DNA of 64,000 nucleotides from Octopus bimaculoides. Lineage: Eukaryota. The stretch's first letter is position 1; each line of letters opens with the position of its first letter. The position numbers were made by a program, and so were the translations under genes. Location of the stretch: contig NC_069003.1 of the NCBI RefSeq assembly GCF_001194135.2, forward strand, positions 28,779,225 through 28,843,224. The letters run 5' to 3'. Below are positions 37,541 through 52,378 of this stretch, in pieces. A model generated the notes under the pieces. It had not been told where the DNA came from and did not search any database. It saw only the letters and a list, made by a program, of their open reading frames with translations.

Positions 37541-37740
37541 AGCCGTTACCACGCCGGGCAAATTGCGTAGCGGCATTTCGTGCGTATTTAGGTTCTGATT
37601 TCAGATGCCACCAAGGTTGACTTAGCCTTTTATCCTTTGGGGGTTGATGAAAGACGTACCAGCAGAAAGCTAAAGACGATGAAATCGATTTACCTACCTC
37701 CCCGAAAATTGCAGGTTTGTGCCAGTATTTGAAACCGATA
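37541..37740 (+). mobile_element. SINE family A, degenerate
   Basis: cgttaccacgccgggcaaattgcgtagcggcatttcg...aaggttgacttagccttttatcc...tttgaaaccgat. Confidence 0.75.
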
Positions 37741-38814
37741 TCATATACAAGTTTTGTTCTTCCTAGCTATAATCTTGCTAATTAATTTGGCGATAAGTTC
37801 AAAATATATGAGCTGTTACTTATTACGGGGGGGCACCTGTTATATTGATGTCTCTTAACTCTTTCTCCTCCTCCTCCTCCTTCCCCTCTCCTCCACCATT
37901 TCCCCCTCATTCTCTTTTTCTTTTCTTCTTCTTATTATTTGCTACTGAGCTTGTTAAACTATTTTTAAAACAATTTTTTTCTTAAAGCTAAGAAATCTCT
38001 CTGTCTTAAATAACTAAATGAAATATTGTTTATTTTTTTAAACACATTCGCATACGAAATTCTTCGAAGATTTTTCGAAAGTCTTCTCTTGAAGTATTTA
38101 GTTAAATTTATAGTTAGTTTTCTTTTCAGTGAATACATAAAAAATTTAATTTCAAAACTAAACTTCCAGACATGAACCTTGTAAGCAGAAAAATCAAATC
38201 GAAAACCACCATAGAGAATGTATACACACAAAAGATGGAACAAAAAATATTGTACGCTCGCGTTAGTATATAAAAAATAAAGCTAATATCAATTCCAAAT
38301 TTAAAAAAAAAACTATATGAATTACATGCATGACGCTAGAAGATGCTTTGTCAATTGTTAAAACCACATTTGCACACACGCTTAAAGTGTCGAACATTCA
38401 ATATGTTTATGAGAATCGTAAGGTTATAAGAGTCGTACAGCTAAAGCTGCTGTAAAAATCAATGGTCTGGTACAGTTATGCTTAGCTAAACGGTTTTTCC
38501 ATGTCTGAAAATGTATTCACGAACAGGTATGGAGGAAACCTACTAAATTGATCACCCTCAGTATGGCATTGCTTTTCATTTGCCCGCAAAGAAAGTAGCT
38601 GAAGGAGGCATTCTCTAATGATGGAATGATAAGAAAGAAATACTCGGTATGCCATGGGATAAATCCTTCAGGCCTTTTTTCCTTTTGCTTAGAACTGATG
38701 GCAGTAATGTAACAAACTGAAATTGCAAGGTTACCACGCTCATACTTGTAAGCCAACAGTTGGACCTAAGAAAGGTACAGGAGATGTTCAGTGGTGAAAA
38801 CCCTTTGTCTTTCC

Positions 38815-38957
38815 CTTGGATAACATCGATGGCGTGGAGAAGGGAGGCTGGTATGCATGGTCGACTGCTGGTTTTCCATAAACAACCATGCCCGGACTTT
38901 TGCTTCGGAAGGTAACTTTCTAGGTGCAATCCCACGGTCATTCATGACCGAAGGGGA
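38815..38957 (+). mobile_element. Retroposon 3' end with terminal hairpin (recalled Octopus repeat)
   Basis: The hairpin cggtca-ttca-tgaccg at 38935-38950 resembles LINE/SINE 3' stem-loops. Family recognition is from memory. Confidence 0.45.
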
Positions 38958-41290
38958 TCGTTACAATCTGTGAATCATTGACATGAAATGTGCTTGTAAA
39001 GCATTCTATTTTGCGTTGTTTTGTACGGCAATGAAATTATCAGTTCCATGTATGCCCAAATATTGTTTCAATCGAAATTTCCATTTTAAATGGCACAGAT
39101 TTCATTGCTAACATGTATCAAATCTTCTGTATTTTTCAGTGTGATGCCAACATGGTTAATGAGAAATATTATTTATCATCCAATTAAATCATTCAGGAAA
39201 AGAATTCGATTTCATGCGCGTAGAACCATGAAGGAAATAATAATTGGAAACCTTGATAAAACCATTGAAAAATAATATTTGGAACATTATAATACATATT
39301 GGCAAAGGTAGACGTGATGCAGGTGATATTTCTAAACACATTTATAAATGATTATTATGTTGACAAGTAAATAAATCCACTTACAGACACGTCTCTATGA
39401 TTAAAAAAGTATGAAAACAACCAGTGTAGTCGAAGACTATGTTGATTAATTACGCCGAGATCCCTTCTTTGTAATGTGAATTATGTAGATCATTGTTCTG
39501 TTGATTAGCAACATCATCAAGCAATGTTCCTGTGACCCACATATAATGATGTCCTCTTATTTGAACATTAATTCGAATATAAATATTGCAGAATCCGAAG
39601 TATGAGATACGCTTGTACAGCATGATAATATAAAAGTCATTATCGCTTTGGGGAATCATATAAAGTAATATGATTTTGTATTGTTTGACAAGTATTTCAA
39701 TGCCTTATCGTGGCTTTCTCTTCGCAGCGACCTTGGAAAATTCTGAAAAAAACGAACGAATTCCTTAGAGGTATTTATTCTGGATTTACATTCTGAGATG
39801 AAATTGATTCGACGTAGATGTTGCTTTGTATCCTTTCCAAGATGATAAAATAAGTACCAATTTGATACAGAAGTCAACGAAATCGCCTGGTCCTATCCCT
39901 CAACATTTCAGACTTCATTCCTTGTGCCTACAGTAGAAAGAATTAACACAAATTCCCGAAGGTGCGTCGTAGTAGAACCATGAGAACGTGGAAAAAAGTG
40001 ATTTGCCCTGCTTGTTTCGGTCATTTTATGTTCTGGTTTTAAATCGGGACGGGCTCCACTTTGCCCTCAATCCATCCAGTGCCGATAAAATAAAATACCA
40101 ATCAAACAGTAGAGATATTATGGCCGCCCCACATAAATAAACTGATTATAGTCTTTCCTTCACTTGACATAAAAGCTTGTTTTTAAAGTAAAGTTGATTT
40201 AGACAATTTAATTCACTGTTCATATCGCTAAGAGTAATTTTAGACTTACTTATATTAGTGTAGCGAATACGGCAATGCAGTTACGACGATGCTTTGTTAT
40301 ATTTTATCCTTTATTAATTTCGCGCCTGTAACTTATTTCATTTTCGATATATCTTTCTGGAAACGATTAAAGTGTCGATATTTGATTACATATAAATAGC
40401 ACGAGAAAAATGAGTGAACGCTAGATGTATTTAATAACAGAATGGAGAGTAAACATTTCTTTAAAATTTATTGAGTAAAGGTGATTGGTGTGTTTATTTG
40501 AGAGAGAGAAAGGTATAGTTCTGTCAATACATTGGGTAAGATTTAGATCTGATAGGAAGCAACCGATCCAGAAGATGCGATGTGAGCGAGGCCTATATAT
40601 GGGAAATTTCGATACGAAATTCACATGCTAACCCCAGTCAGACACATTGTAGAAAGCATAATATTCTCCATTTTTTTGCAATGCAGAATTTCTCAGATAA
40701 CTGAAGGAGAAGATTATGTCTGTATTCGATCTGGTTTTAAAGAAAGCTGTCTAGTAGTCATTAATGATAAACAAATATGTAGACAGATCGATCGATCGAT
40801 AGATAGATAAATAATTAGAGAGATAGGTAGGTAGGTAGACAGACAGATAGAGAAAGAGAGAGAGTGGGTGAGAGAGTGAGAGAGAAGAAAAAAGGGAGAA
40901 ATCAAGAGGGAGACAGAGAAGGAGAAATCAAAGGTATTTGAAACACCATTTTTAATTACTGCCTCTATTAGAGATAGAGATAGGGTGCTACAGGGTTGGC
41001 AATGTAAGAAAGTTTGTCTAGTTTTCAAAGGGAAAAAAGCGGAGCGCGATTCGAAAGGAACGGGTAAATTACTTCGAAGATATTGGTACCCACCCCGTTA
41101 TAGCTGCCTCAGGTTGCAGGATTTGGCGCTTTCGGAAATTGCAACGTATAGCCATGAGTTTCGGAACACGGTCTGTAGTTTTGCTTTTAACATTTAAGTA
41201 TTAGTTATCATCAAAATATATACTTAACAATTTGAAAGACTATCATGACGTTACACACATACACGTGTATATATTATGCACATAATTTCA

Positions 41291-41325
<35 letters not shown>

Positions 41326-41912
41326 NNNNNNNNNNNNNNNNNNNNNNNNNNNNNNNNNNNNNNNNNNNNNNNNNNNNNNNNNNNNNNNNNNNNNNNNNNN
41401 NNNNNNNNNNNNNNNNNNNNNNNNNNNNNNNNNNNNNNNNNNNNNNNNNNNNNNNNNNNNNNNNNNNNNNNNNNNNNNNNNNNNNNNNNNNNNNNNNNNN
41501 NNNNNNNNNNNNNNNNNNNNNNNNNNNNNNNNNNNNNNNNNNNNNNNNNNNNNNNNNNNNNNNNNNNNNNNNNNNNNNNNNNNNNNNNNNNNNNNNNNNN
41601 NNNNNNNNNNNNNNNNNNNNNNNNNNNNNNNNNNNNNNNNNNNNNNNNNNNNNNNNNNNNNNNNNNNNNNNNNNNNNNNNNNNNNNNNNNNNNNNNNNNN
41701 NNNNNNNNNNNNNNNNNNNNNNNNNNNNNNNNNNNNNNNNNNNNNNNNNNNNNNNNNNNNNNNNNNNNNNNNNNNNNNNNNNNNNNNNNNNNNNNNNNNN
41801 NNNNNNNNNNNNNNNNNNNNNNNNNNNNNNNNNNNNNNNNNNNNNNNNNNNNNNNNNNNNNNNTATATATATATATACACATATATATATGTATATGAAT
41901 GTAATAATATAG

Positions 41913-41913
<1 letters not shown>

Positions 41914-41962
<49 letters not shown>

Positions 41963-41988
41963 TAATAATAATAATAATAATAATAATA

Positions 41989-42061
<73 letters not shown>

Positions 42062-42075
42062 TAATAATAATAATA
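41914..42075. repeat. (TAA)n microsatellite
   Basis: Direct inspection. Confidence 0.95.
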
Positions 42076-43185
42076 CTGCAGCTATTGTAAAATGGTACGA
42101 TCGGTACACTGATATATGTGGCATTGCGTGCAATAATTAGTCATAATGTCATAACGAGACCTCTGAATTTTACCCACAATAAAGGCAATGAAACATAAGA
42201 ATAGTTACAGCGATAGAATAGCAGAATGCGTAAATTGGCGGGTTTGAATAACGAAGAATGACGTGGGTTGTTGCTATAACGCTGCACAGGTATTTTCAAA
42301 AACACAAATTACTAAATATCTTAGGTTTCTGCTTCTTTTTATCGTCGTAGTTTGTAAACAGTTGTTGCTGCACTTAATTTTACAAAGGCATCAATGACAT
42401 GAGATTGCCAGCACAACGCAGCGAATCAAACCACAAAGTGGATTTGATCATAATTTTCAGTTCACTGGTTTTCTCGCTTCCCTTTATCCCTCGCAATGAA
42501 GACACGCGCTGCTTAAATCGAGGACATACGCTGTTTACATCGAGGACATTCACGCACACACATATAAATACACAAACACACAGAGACAAACATTCACTCA
42601 TATATAAACACAGACATTCCGTACAGTAATTCCTTCAAAAGGCATTAGTCAACACATGTTTAATGTGCCGTAATAATGGAATGAAACATAGAACCACGGG
42701 ATCCTCATAAAATGAATGAATTCTTAAGAAATACATGTGATGCTGCCAGGAAAACGCTGTAATGACATATTTCCAGTCCAAGAAACGTTAAGAGATTATC
42801 ACATAATTTCATTTCATCGATTCTAAATTCTCAATTCTCAGCTATGGAATCAGGCAAAAGAAGACAAAAAAAAAACAGAAGAAAAAAGAAAACAGAAAAA
42901 CAAATCTAGAAAAGTAACTAAAAGAAACGGAAAGAAAATTAGAAACCATAGCCTTTTCTGTTATTTATTATATGTATAAATATATATATATATGTAATTT
43001 TGAATACAATTTTATAAACAACATGTACTCGTACGCAAGACCATATTTATCAAGTGACAAAAAAACAGTGAAAAGCACGCACACACATACACCCATGAAT
43101 ACACACTTACATATATATTTGCGCACTTGTACGTATGTGTGCGTGTAGTGAGAGTGCCTGTATATGTGTGTGTGAGTGTGTATGT

Positions 43186-43226
<41 letters not shown>

Positions 43227-43289
43227 TATGTATATAACGATAAAGTAATCTTTCGTTACAGATAAATATTACTTTATATTATATACGAC

Positions 43290-43515
43290 GTGGTGAAATG
43301 GTTTGTGCGCCGAGCAAAATGCTTAGTGGTTTTTCGTCCATCTTTACATAATATACCTTTTATCTTTTATTTGTTTGAGTAGTTGAGCTGCGGCCATGCT
43401 GGGGCTCCTTGTTGAATTCAACCGAACAAATTAACCCTGGTGCGTATTTTTGTTTTTTATATATATCTAGTTATAATTATTCTATAGTTTCTTTTGTCGA
43501 ACCACTAAGTAAGCG
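43290..43515. mobile_element. SINE A head fragment (+, 43290-43345) abutting degenerate SINE C tail (-, 43355-43515)
   Basis: gcgccgagcaaaatgcttagtggtttttcgtcc, then ctgcggccatgctggggc...cttttgtcgaaccactaagt. Confidence 0.6.
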
Positions 43516-43710
43516 TTTATGTGTATGTCTGCGTGTGTGCGTTCTTGCGTGCTTGCATTTGTTGCCGCATATGTATGCATGCGCGTATCTGCGCGTGCGT
43601 ACCTATGTGTGTGGATATGTGTGTGGTTGTGTATTGGAATTGTTCACAATTACATAAATTTATTCGTATAAATTTACATCCATCCATACANNNNNNNNNN
43701 NNNNNNNNNN

Positions 43711-43749
<39 letters not shown>

Positions 43750-44088
43750 CACATATATATATACATACCTGTGTGTGTATGAATGTATATATATGTACGT
43801 ATGTGTGTATGTATGCACGCATGTGTGTATGCTTTTGCATATATATATATATATATATATATCGTAAGATGAAGATTAAGGTACTTGAAAAGGTAAGCAC
43901 CAGTTAGGAGTGGGGTAATCTCTGTGGTTCCGGCCTATGGTTACTTAGAGTCGAAATATCTGATAGGATATTTCGGTTGTGTACACAAAGAAAACCAACT
44001 GTATGTATATTTAAGAAACAGCTGCAATGAGCTGATATTTATTCATCGTATGTTTATTATACATTTGACTATACACACACATACACAG

Positions 44089-44128
<40 letters not shown>

Positions 44129-45125
44129 ACACATATATATATATATATAATTAGAAGAAATACGATTGAAAGGATCTACAGAAGAAGGGGATTGAGTTAC
44201 TACGTTATTCTATTTAGTAATAATCGCCAAGTAGGAAAATAACTTACAAAAATACCATTTTATATAAAGCACAAAATAATATGTTAACTGAGTAGCTGAA
44301 CTAATTAATTATTTTCGTATTAACTTTTACACATCATGATGAGAAGACACTTTCTAGCTATAATTTTATGCATCTTACGAAATAAATTTCACTGTGTCGT
44401 TTTCGAAAGACTAAGTTATATATTTGTATCTTATGGTCACAGAGGCCGTGATATGTAGTATTTAAAACCTTCTATTTGTAATTGCTACAAATAAGAGCAT
44501 TTATTTTTCCGCTTAAAATTAGTTTTAGATTATCATATAAGTTATATCATATCATGTTGTCTGTTTGCATAAATAGATAATGTAATGGCCATTATAACGA
44601 TGTCGCTTAAGTATATGTAGTTGCTAACAAATGTACTCACACATTGTAATGAAGAGAGATTTTACATCAGGATATGATATTAAAAAGTATATTCGTTTAT
44701 TTACTTGATTCATATGCATAGTGTTTTTAGTTGTGGCGCTATCGATATTTTTATTAGCTGGAGAAAAAAAAAACGGATTTAACTTACTGTTTCACAGTAA
44801 ATTGTTATTCATAAGAATCGTAAGAGGAAATCGAATTGTTTACGTAATGATAAAAATCGAATTACATTAAGTGGCTTTATATCATACAGCTATATTTATT
44901 CATATGTAATCTACATTGATAATCTATAGATAAATATGTTAAAATACTCTCACTCTTAAAGCTTAGCTGTTTCAAAAAATATATAATGTAAAGACATTGA
45001 TTCAAGAAACGATTTTTAAAATTTAATTCGAACAAGTTTTTAATGCAAAACTTGTATATTTCTATTATGTCACAGTCGGACAAAATATACGCATATATAT
45101 ATTTATCCTTTGACAGTTACCTACA

Positions 45126-45342
45126 TACGAGAGGGTACTGAAAAGTTCTTGGCCTTGAGTAAGAGAAAATACAGGAGGATCTGTTATGATTCTATTGAAC
45201 ATATTCCCCTCTCAGATTCACACACCTACTGCAACGATAGTTCAGCTTTTCTTAGACCTGTAAAAGAACTCGGAATGTTGTGCTCAAGCCAGACCTTTCA
45301 TAACATCCTTAAAATCAGAAACGTTTCATAGACATGTGAGTA
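45126..45342 (-). mobile_element. Mariner-derived MITE retaining the transposase C-terminal codons
   Basis: Left end TA-cgagagggtactgaaaagttcttggc; degenerate right TIR aaaatcagaaacgtttca...gag-TA. Minus strand KLNYRCSRCVNLRGEYVQ* (stop at 45192-45194) matches the mariner end KLxxRWxKCVxxxGEYVE*. Confidence 0.75.
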
Positions 45343-47231
45343 TAATCATAGACAATTGTGTGAGTTTAAGCATAATTTCGTGTAAATATATTCAATGTAG
45401 GCCCCAAAGCAGAATTAATATTTTCGCGTGTGATTGCTTGCGATGAATTCTGAGTTGTTTAAGTTTGTTTCATACTTGACATATACGGCCCTAAATCTAA
45501 CATATTTCGATTAATCTGTTAAGTTATTTGTAATATCATGTGTTATATTGTGGTAAATGTACTCTGCGTTGAACAGTGACTGCCGAACAGCCTTAGGCCA
45601 TCTTGAACACGTCTCATTCAGTCTCTACAGGCCTTACAAGAGAGGTTCATTTGAGAAGACTACGGGATTTTAAGTAACACGGAGCTGAATGCTTCACTTT
45701 ACGAGTACACGCTTTATAAGGCCTAGTGTTATACTAGTTCTATTTTCCAAATTTTGATCGAAGTACAATAGTTTCTACTACCATAACAAATTCTTCTGCG
45801 TGCGACCGAGAAATGTATAGAGCGAGAAAAAGCTTCTTCTAAGCAAACAACTCTAGACTTGATTTTTAAAAGGAAATCTATGAGTCCGTCTACGAGTTCT
45901 TGTGAATCGCCGAACGCCTCTACAAGTGATGGAGTCCGAAAGTTTAGTGTGAGTGAAAGTGATTCAGGAAACGATTATAATAATAATATTTTTTTAATTA
46001 TAAATGATTCTGACATTCTTTTTACTTTACACAAAATATTCATTACATTCTACTGTTATTTTATTATAATTTATTTTCGAGGATCAATACGTTTTACAGG
46101 TAAAATATTTTCTGGGAACGAATAACGATTTATAACATTGCTACTATGGGAAATTATTGCTCTGCTTTACGAGTTTTCGCTTTTTTGAGCAGTCTCTGGG
46201 AATAAATTACCTCGTATATCGAGGCATTACTGTATATAGATATATGGCGTATGTGCCTTTGTGTGTATGTATGTATGTGTATGCATGTAAGCATATAATT
46301 ACGTTCGTGTAATATAGGCCTACAGTCATGTTTCATTTTTAGGTTTTTGAAAAACTTCTTCACCTCTCAAATTATTATATATTTTTTTCCTATCAACTCT
46401 TGATCATTTTGTCTCCGGGTAATTTATTCATATAGCTGCATATTTATTTATTTTATCTAAATCCTCTTGAAAGGAAATGTAAAATGAAGTAAACATCGAA
46501 AAAGCGAAGTTGTTTACTGAAAGTTACCATTTTAGTTAAGAGATTTATTCCGTATTTTGATCATTCTTAGATTAAGATAAAGCTGTTTTCCGGAGGTATT
46601 TTAGTATATTAGTAAGAAATGGCTTGTAAACACTTTCATCACAATATCAGTTGTTATAAAAAAGATCATACCGCAAGGAACATATTAAATCATCACAGTA
46701 TGCGGCTGTTCCTTCGCATTTGTATTACAAAGTCCTCGAGAGAATATGTCGGATAGTGTTCAAAATAATAACCAATAAGCATTTGTATTAGTATATTTGA
46801 CACATCAAATCTCGGTGTTAAATAGACCCCAAGGTCAAACGTAACGATCAATCTTGATCACGTGTTACCATCAAGCCTCAACTTAACAATTGTCCGTGTT
46901 TTTGATACTAGCCAAGAGGTAGATCTGATTATGGTCGATAGAACTGCTAAATATAGCAGTGATATCAAATTCAAATTACATCTTACGGTGTGAAGAAGTG
47001 AGAATATTAGATATTGTAGTTGTACAGTACAGAAATAAAACTAAGGGGGGTAAAATCTATCGGCATTGATTTTAAATATCCATATGTTCGATCAGAGTCA
47101 ACCGAAAACGGAACAACATAAAAAAAATACATCGAGGTGGTGTCACTGCATGGTCACAGTCTAATGACGGATAAAAAACATGAAAAATGAAAACAAAATG
47201 AGATGCTATGTGATTAATAAGCTAGATATGC

Positions 47232-47445
47232 AACCAATGTGGTTACAGTTTCAGTCACACTGTATGACACTTCGGGCAAGTGTCTTGTGCTTTAACCCCT
47301 GCCAGACCAATTCCCTGTGCGAGAATTTGTCAGCCGAAAATTGTGTGGCAGTCCATCTTACACACACACGCGCGCGCGCGATTGCGAGCCTGCGCTTGTA
47401 GATGTGTCTTTCTATTTGTACCTCAGCACAGCTTGACGGCCCGTA
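47232..47445 (+). mobile_element. SINE family C, degenerate 5' half
   Basis: tttcagtcacactgtatgacacttcgggcaagtgtctt...ccagaccaattccctgtg...gaaaattgtgtggcagtcc. Confidence 0.6.
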
Positions 47446-49645
47446 TTAATTTGCTTATATTCCCGTATATATCTATATACATACATACGTACATATACAT
47501 ATAGATGCATACATACATATATATATGTGTATATATATATATATATATATGTGTATANNNNNNNNNNNNNNNNNNNNNNNNNNNNNNNNNNNNNNNNNNN
47601 NNNNNNNNNNNNNNNNNNNNNNNNNNNNNNNNNNNNNNNNNNNNNNNNNNNNNNNNNNNNNNNNNNNNNNNNNNNNNNNNNNNNNNNNNNNNNNNNNNNN
47701 NNNNNNNNNNNNNNNNNNNNNNNNNNNNNNNNNNNNNNNNNNNNNNNNNNNNNNNNNNNNNNNNNNNNNNNNNNNNNNNNNNNNNNNNNNNNNNNNNNNN
47801 NNNNNNNNNNNNNNNNNNNNNNNNNNNNNNNNNNNNNNNNNNNNNNNNNNNNNNNNNNNNNNNNNNNNNNNNNNNNNNNNNNNNNNNNNNNNNNNNNNNN
47901 NNNNNNNNNNNNNNNNNNNNNNNNNNNNNNNNNNNNNNNNNNNNNNNNNNNNNNNNNNNNNNNNNNNNNNNNNNNTATTTATTTTGTTTATTTATCATAC
48001 AATGACTATGTTTTTGCATGTCCGTACGTTACATTCTGTGTTCTCTCTGAAATATATCGGGAGGCAGTTATTAGTCAGACGGAAGTGTCTGTAAACAGAC
48101 GAAGAGTTGCTTACAAGATAGAGAAATAGTGTCAGACAGTTTGAGAAAAAGAGAGAGAGAGAGGGGAGTGAGAGAAAAAGATAGAGAGGAAGAGAGAAAG
48201 AGAGGGACAGGAAGAGAAAGTGAGGAGAGCGACAACAGAGCCACAGAGAACAAAAGACGGATGCAAGTGATGTTGTAAAATGAGATAACGGAAAATTGGA
48301 AGTCACACTTGGAAAATGAATATATTATTAATAAATAACAGCTCTTAATATTAGAAAACTGAAAGAAGCATGTTTAGGCACAATAATAAATAATGATGTA
48401 TATTATCTATATTCATACCCACACATACATATATGTGTGTCTGTATATATATACATGTTTGTGTGTATATATATATATATATGTGAGTGTGTGTTTGTGT
48501 ATGTGTGTGAGTTCGTGTGTGTATGTATGTGTAACTCTCTGTGTGTGAGTGCGTGTGTATGTGTTTGTGTCTGTGTGTGTGTGCGTATGCTTCTATGTGT
48601 TTTATTTTTGTGCCAGGAAGATTTTCTTTCAAAGTGAATTCCATGACACCGTCGATTGACAAATCTTAATAATATTACTAAGCTCTCAGACATTTTCGAA
48701 TGTATTTTCTTTTCATTGAATAACGGGTTTTTCAGCAGATAATACTCCACTCTTTCAATCGAGTATATGTCTGTGTCTGTGTGTACGTGTATGTGCGTTG
48801 CGACAGCATGTGTTTGTGTCCATGCATGTGGTATGAAGCTGATATTACCCGATCAGTCTTCTATATCATGAATATACGTGGATATCATTTACTGGCATGC
48901 ATATTACCACACACCCCCACACACATACACACATAATTCTGATATGAATTGCAATCTAATTCACCCCAAGGGCCTGAAATTCCGATTTCCAATTGCATAC
49001 GGATCGAAACTACGAACCTGATCTTTTTTTCTTAGTTTATTTACAAGTCGCCATTTTAAAATCGTACTCTTTTATTATTTTGCTTATTTCAGTGAGTTGA
49101 TTATGGCTGTGTTGGAGCACTGTATGTATATTAATACATGTAATGGGGCACCGTATTTGTTACTTGCTTTTTATTCTTCTAACTTCGAGCTGCACAGACT
49201 TTACCGAACGGCATTTGTGACTCAATATTTAAGTACCTAATTCAAATGAATCACAATTATTTCTGATACATACATACATACATATATATATATATATACA
49301 TAATTCCAAAGAGAAAACGAACTTCGTTACTATCATGCAGAAAAGCAGGATTTCATAGTGTCTGAATCAAAGCAAGAGGGTTCGGATGTGTAGGAAGCGC
49401 AACACTGAATATTGAGGAATTTGGTCAACCAAAGTGACCCTCCAAACGCATTAATAAGTGAAAATGTAATCAATCGATCAAGGTTCGTATGATTCTGTTT
49501 CTTACAGCTTCATGAAGACGGGATTTTGGTCTTTTGAGTAATAATGATAGAAGTAAAAGTTGTTAGCATCCCTGAACCCCGGTGAAGAGCAACAATAGCC
49601 TAAGTAATGAGCCTTTTGTAATCTCCTTATGTTTCTTTAAACTAG

Positions 49646-50070
49646 GCCTGGAACTCTGAATTGCCCACAAAAATCAAATTCAAGCTGTTCATTGCAACTG
49701 TCGAATCAGTGCTATTATATGGCAGTGAAACATGGACACTGACAAAGAAATTCTTGAAAGGCTAAATGGATGCTACACAACGATGCTACGAATGGCTCTA
49801 AATGTGAAATGGCAGCAACACATGACAAACGACGAATGCCTTTAGTGAGATATGCCGAAAGTTAGCGAGAAGATGAAGATCAGGCAACCATGGCTACGAC
49901 TATCTGGTCACTACCTGCGTAACCCTGAACTGGAATCATTCAAATTAGTCTTGTGGAACTCACTTCGTTGTGATGTAAGAAGAGGAAAACGTCGACAACT
50001 TGATTGCAGACACTGGCCTGGAATGTATGCAGGACCTCGAAGCAGTAATGCTGGATCGATAAGTGTGGTG
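49646..50070 (+). mobile_element. RTE-clade LINE ORF2 C-terminal fossil
   Basis: AWNSELPTKIKFKLFIATVESVLLYGSETWTLTKK / ERLNGCYTTMLRMALNVKWQQHMTN...MPKVSEKMK...LRLSGHYLRNPE...LVLW...RGKR / DTGL...VMLDR. Confidence 0.92.
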
Positions 50071-50794
50071 GGTGGAGTTTGTTGCTGCGGCCTTGGTTGG
50101 AACCCCACCATAACAAAAATTAATTTTAGCTATTTAATCTACATATAATGTGCTTAATTCAGTAAACATACCAACATATCTTTTTACGTTACTATGCAGA
50201 ATATAATTTATTCTGGATGGCTTTCTCTAATAAGCACCTAACTTTGTCGTTTCAACAAATTTTTCACTTAAAGAGATGTTTTTTCTGACTTCTCTGTAAT
50301 AAAATTCTGATGATTATCCCCTGCAATTGTACAGTCTTCATCGTCTTCATTTTCCGCCAACGTCTATTTTCTATTTAGAATTACGCAAACTGCGAAACAA
50401 TTTTCTCATTTTACATTCTTCCAAAATGCTTCTAAAATATAAGTTTTGAACATAAGAAATTTTCAATCGCAAAACTAAACAAGAATATATTATTTATGGT
50501 TAGATTTAAGCGGAGAGATATAGAAACAAAGAAAATTGATCTTATAAATTTCTTTAGAAACGTAAATCATAGAAATCTGAAAAAATATAGAATATAAACT
50601 GTTGCAGTGCGAGATGCTATTATTGCACTCCAATCTCCATTGTTTGCAATCAGATCAGCTATCCTAACAAAACATTCTAATCCTGTTCCGTTTGGATAAT
50701 CCTGTTCCAAACGTGATTTAACGGCTATCATCGAGCTTTATAATACATATTTTATATACACTTCCCTTTGCTCTCTCTCTCTTTCTCTCTCACT

Positions 50795-50830
<36 letters not shown>

Positions 50831-51065
50831 GTTATGAAGGGTAATGGAATCAACCAGACCCTAAAGATACAGGTAGTACCGAGTAAGTGCTGTATACCGA
50901 CTAGCTATGCCCCAGATGTGGTTGTAACATGAATGGGGAATATAACATGGATCGTGTATTAGCGTGTGTATATATAAAAAAGAATGAGATCAAGATACCA
51001 ATGGCATAAGTAAAAGTAAAATATGCTATTGGTATCTTGATCTCATACATACATATATATATATG

Positions 51066-51098
<33 letters not shown>

Positions 51099-51966
51099 NN
51101 NNNNNNNNNNNNNNNNNNNNNNNNNNNNNNNNNNNNNNNNNNNNNNNNNNNNNNNNNNNNNNNNNNNNNNNNNNNNNNNNNNNNNNNNNNNNNNNNNNNN
51201 NNNNNNNNNNNNNNNNNNNNNNNNNNNNNNNNNNNNNNNNNNNNNNNNNNNNNNNNNNNNNNNNNNNNNNNNNNNNNNNNNNNNNNNNNNNNNNNNNNNN
51301 NNNNNNNNNNNNNNNNNNNNNNNNNNNNNNNNNNNNNNNNNNNNNNNNNNNNNNNNNNNNNNNNNNNNNNNNNNNNNNNNNNNNNNNNNNNNNNNNNNNN
51401 NNNNNNNNNNNNNNNNNNNNNNNNNNNNNNNNNNNNNNNNNNNNNNNNNNNNNNNNNNNNNNNNNNNNNNNNNNNNNNNNNNNNNNNNNNNNNNNNNNNN
51501 NNNNNNNNNNNNNNNNNNNNNNNNNNNNNNNNNNNNNNNNNNNNNNNNNNNNNNNNNNNNNNNNNNNNNNNNNNNNNNNNNNNNNNNNNNNNNNNNNNNN
51601 NNNNNNNNNNNNNNNNNNNNNNNNNNNNNNNNNNNNNNNNNNNNNNNNNNNNNNNNNNNNNNNNNNNNNNNNNNNNNNNNNNNNNNNNNNNNNNNNNNNN
51701 NNNNNNNNNNNNNNNNNNNNNNNNNNNNNNNNNNNNNNNNNNNNNNNNNNNNNNNNNNNNNNNNNNNNNNNNNNNNNNNNNNNNNNNNNNNNNNNNNNNN
51801 NNNNNNNNNNNNNNNNNNNNNNNNNNNNNNNNNNNNNNNNNNNNNNNNNNNNNNNNNNNNNNNNNNNNNNNNNNNNNNNNNNNNNNNNNNNNNNNNNNNN
51901 NNNNNNNNNNNNNNNNNNNNNNNNNNNNNNNNNNNNNNNNNNNNNNNNNNNNNNNNNNNNNNNNNN

Positions 51967-52043
<77 letters not shown>

Positions 52044-52175
52044 GTATATGTATGTATGTATGTATGTTTATATGTATGTATTTATATAGGCATAGCAATA
52101 TTAATAATCTGTTGTTAGAGCTCAATCTACATATGCTTTATAGTAAACCGTTAGGCAAGTACAGTGTGTATTATA

Positions 52176-52378
52176 GGTTTCAAGTATCGGTACAAGGCCA
52201 GCAAGTTCACATTGGTTTGTATATATCGATAACATCGACCACACCGCTCAACTGGTACTCGTGTTATCGACCTCGAAAGGATGAAAAGCCGGAATTTCAA
52301 AACAGAACGTAACGATGGACTAAATGTCTCTAAGCATTTTGCGCGCTGCGCTAACGATTCTGCTATCTCGCAGCCTTA
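52176..52378 (-). mobile_element. SINE family A, near full length
   Basis: Head taaggctgcgagatagcagaatcgttagcgc on the minus strand; small internal deletion. Confidence 0.85.

Noticed and set aside
38696-38725. CTGATGG-cagt...actgaaa hammerhead-like string
   Set aside because: Core mismatch and no supporting stems.
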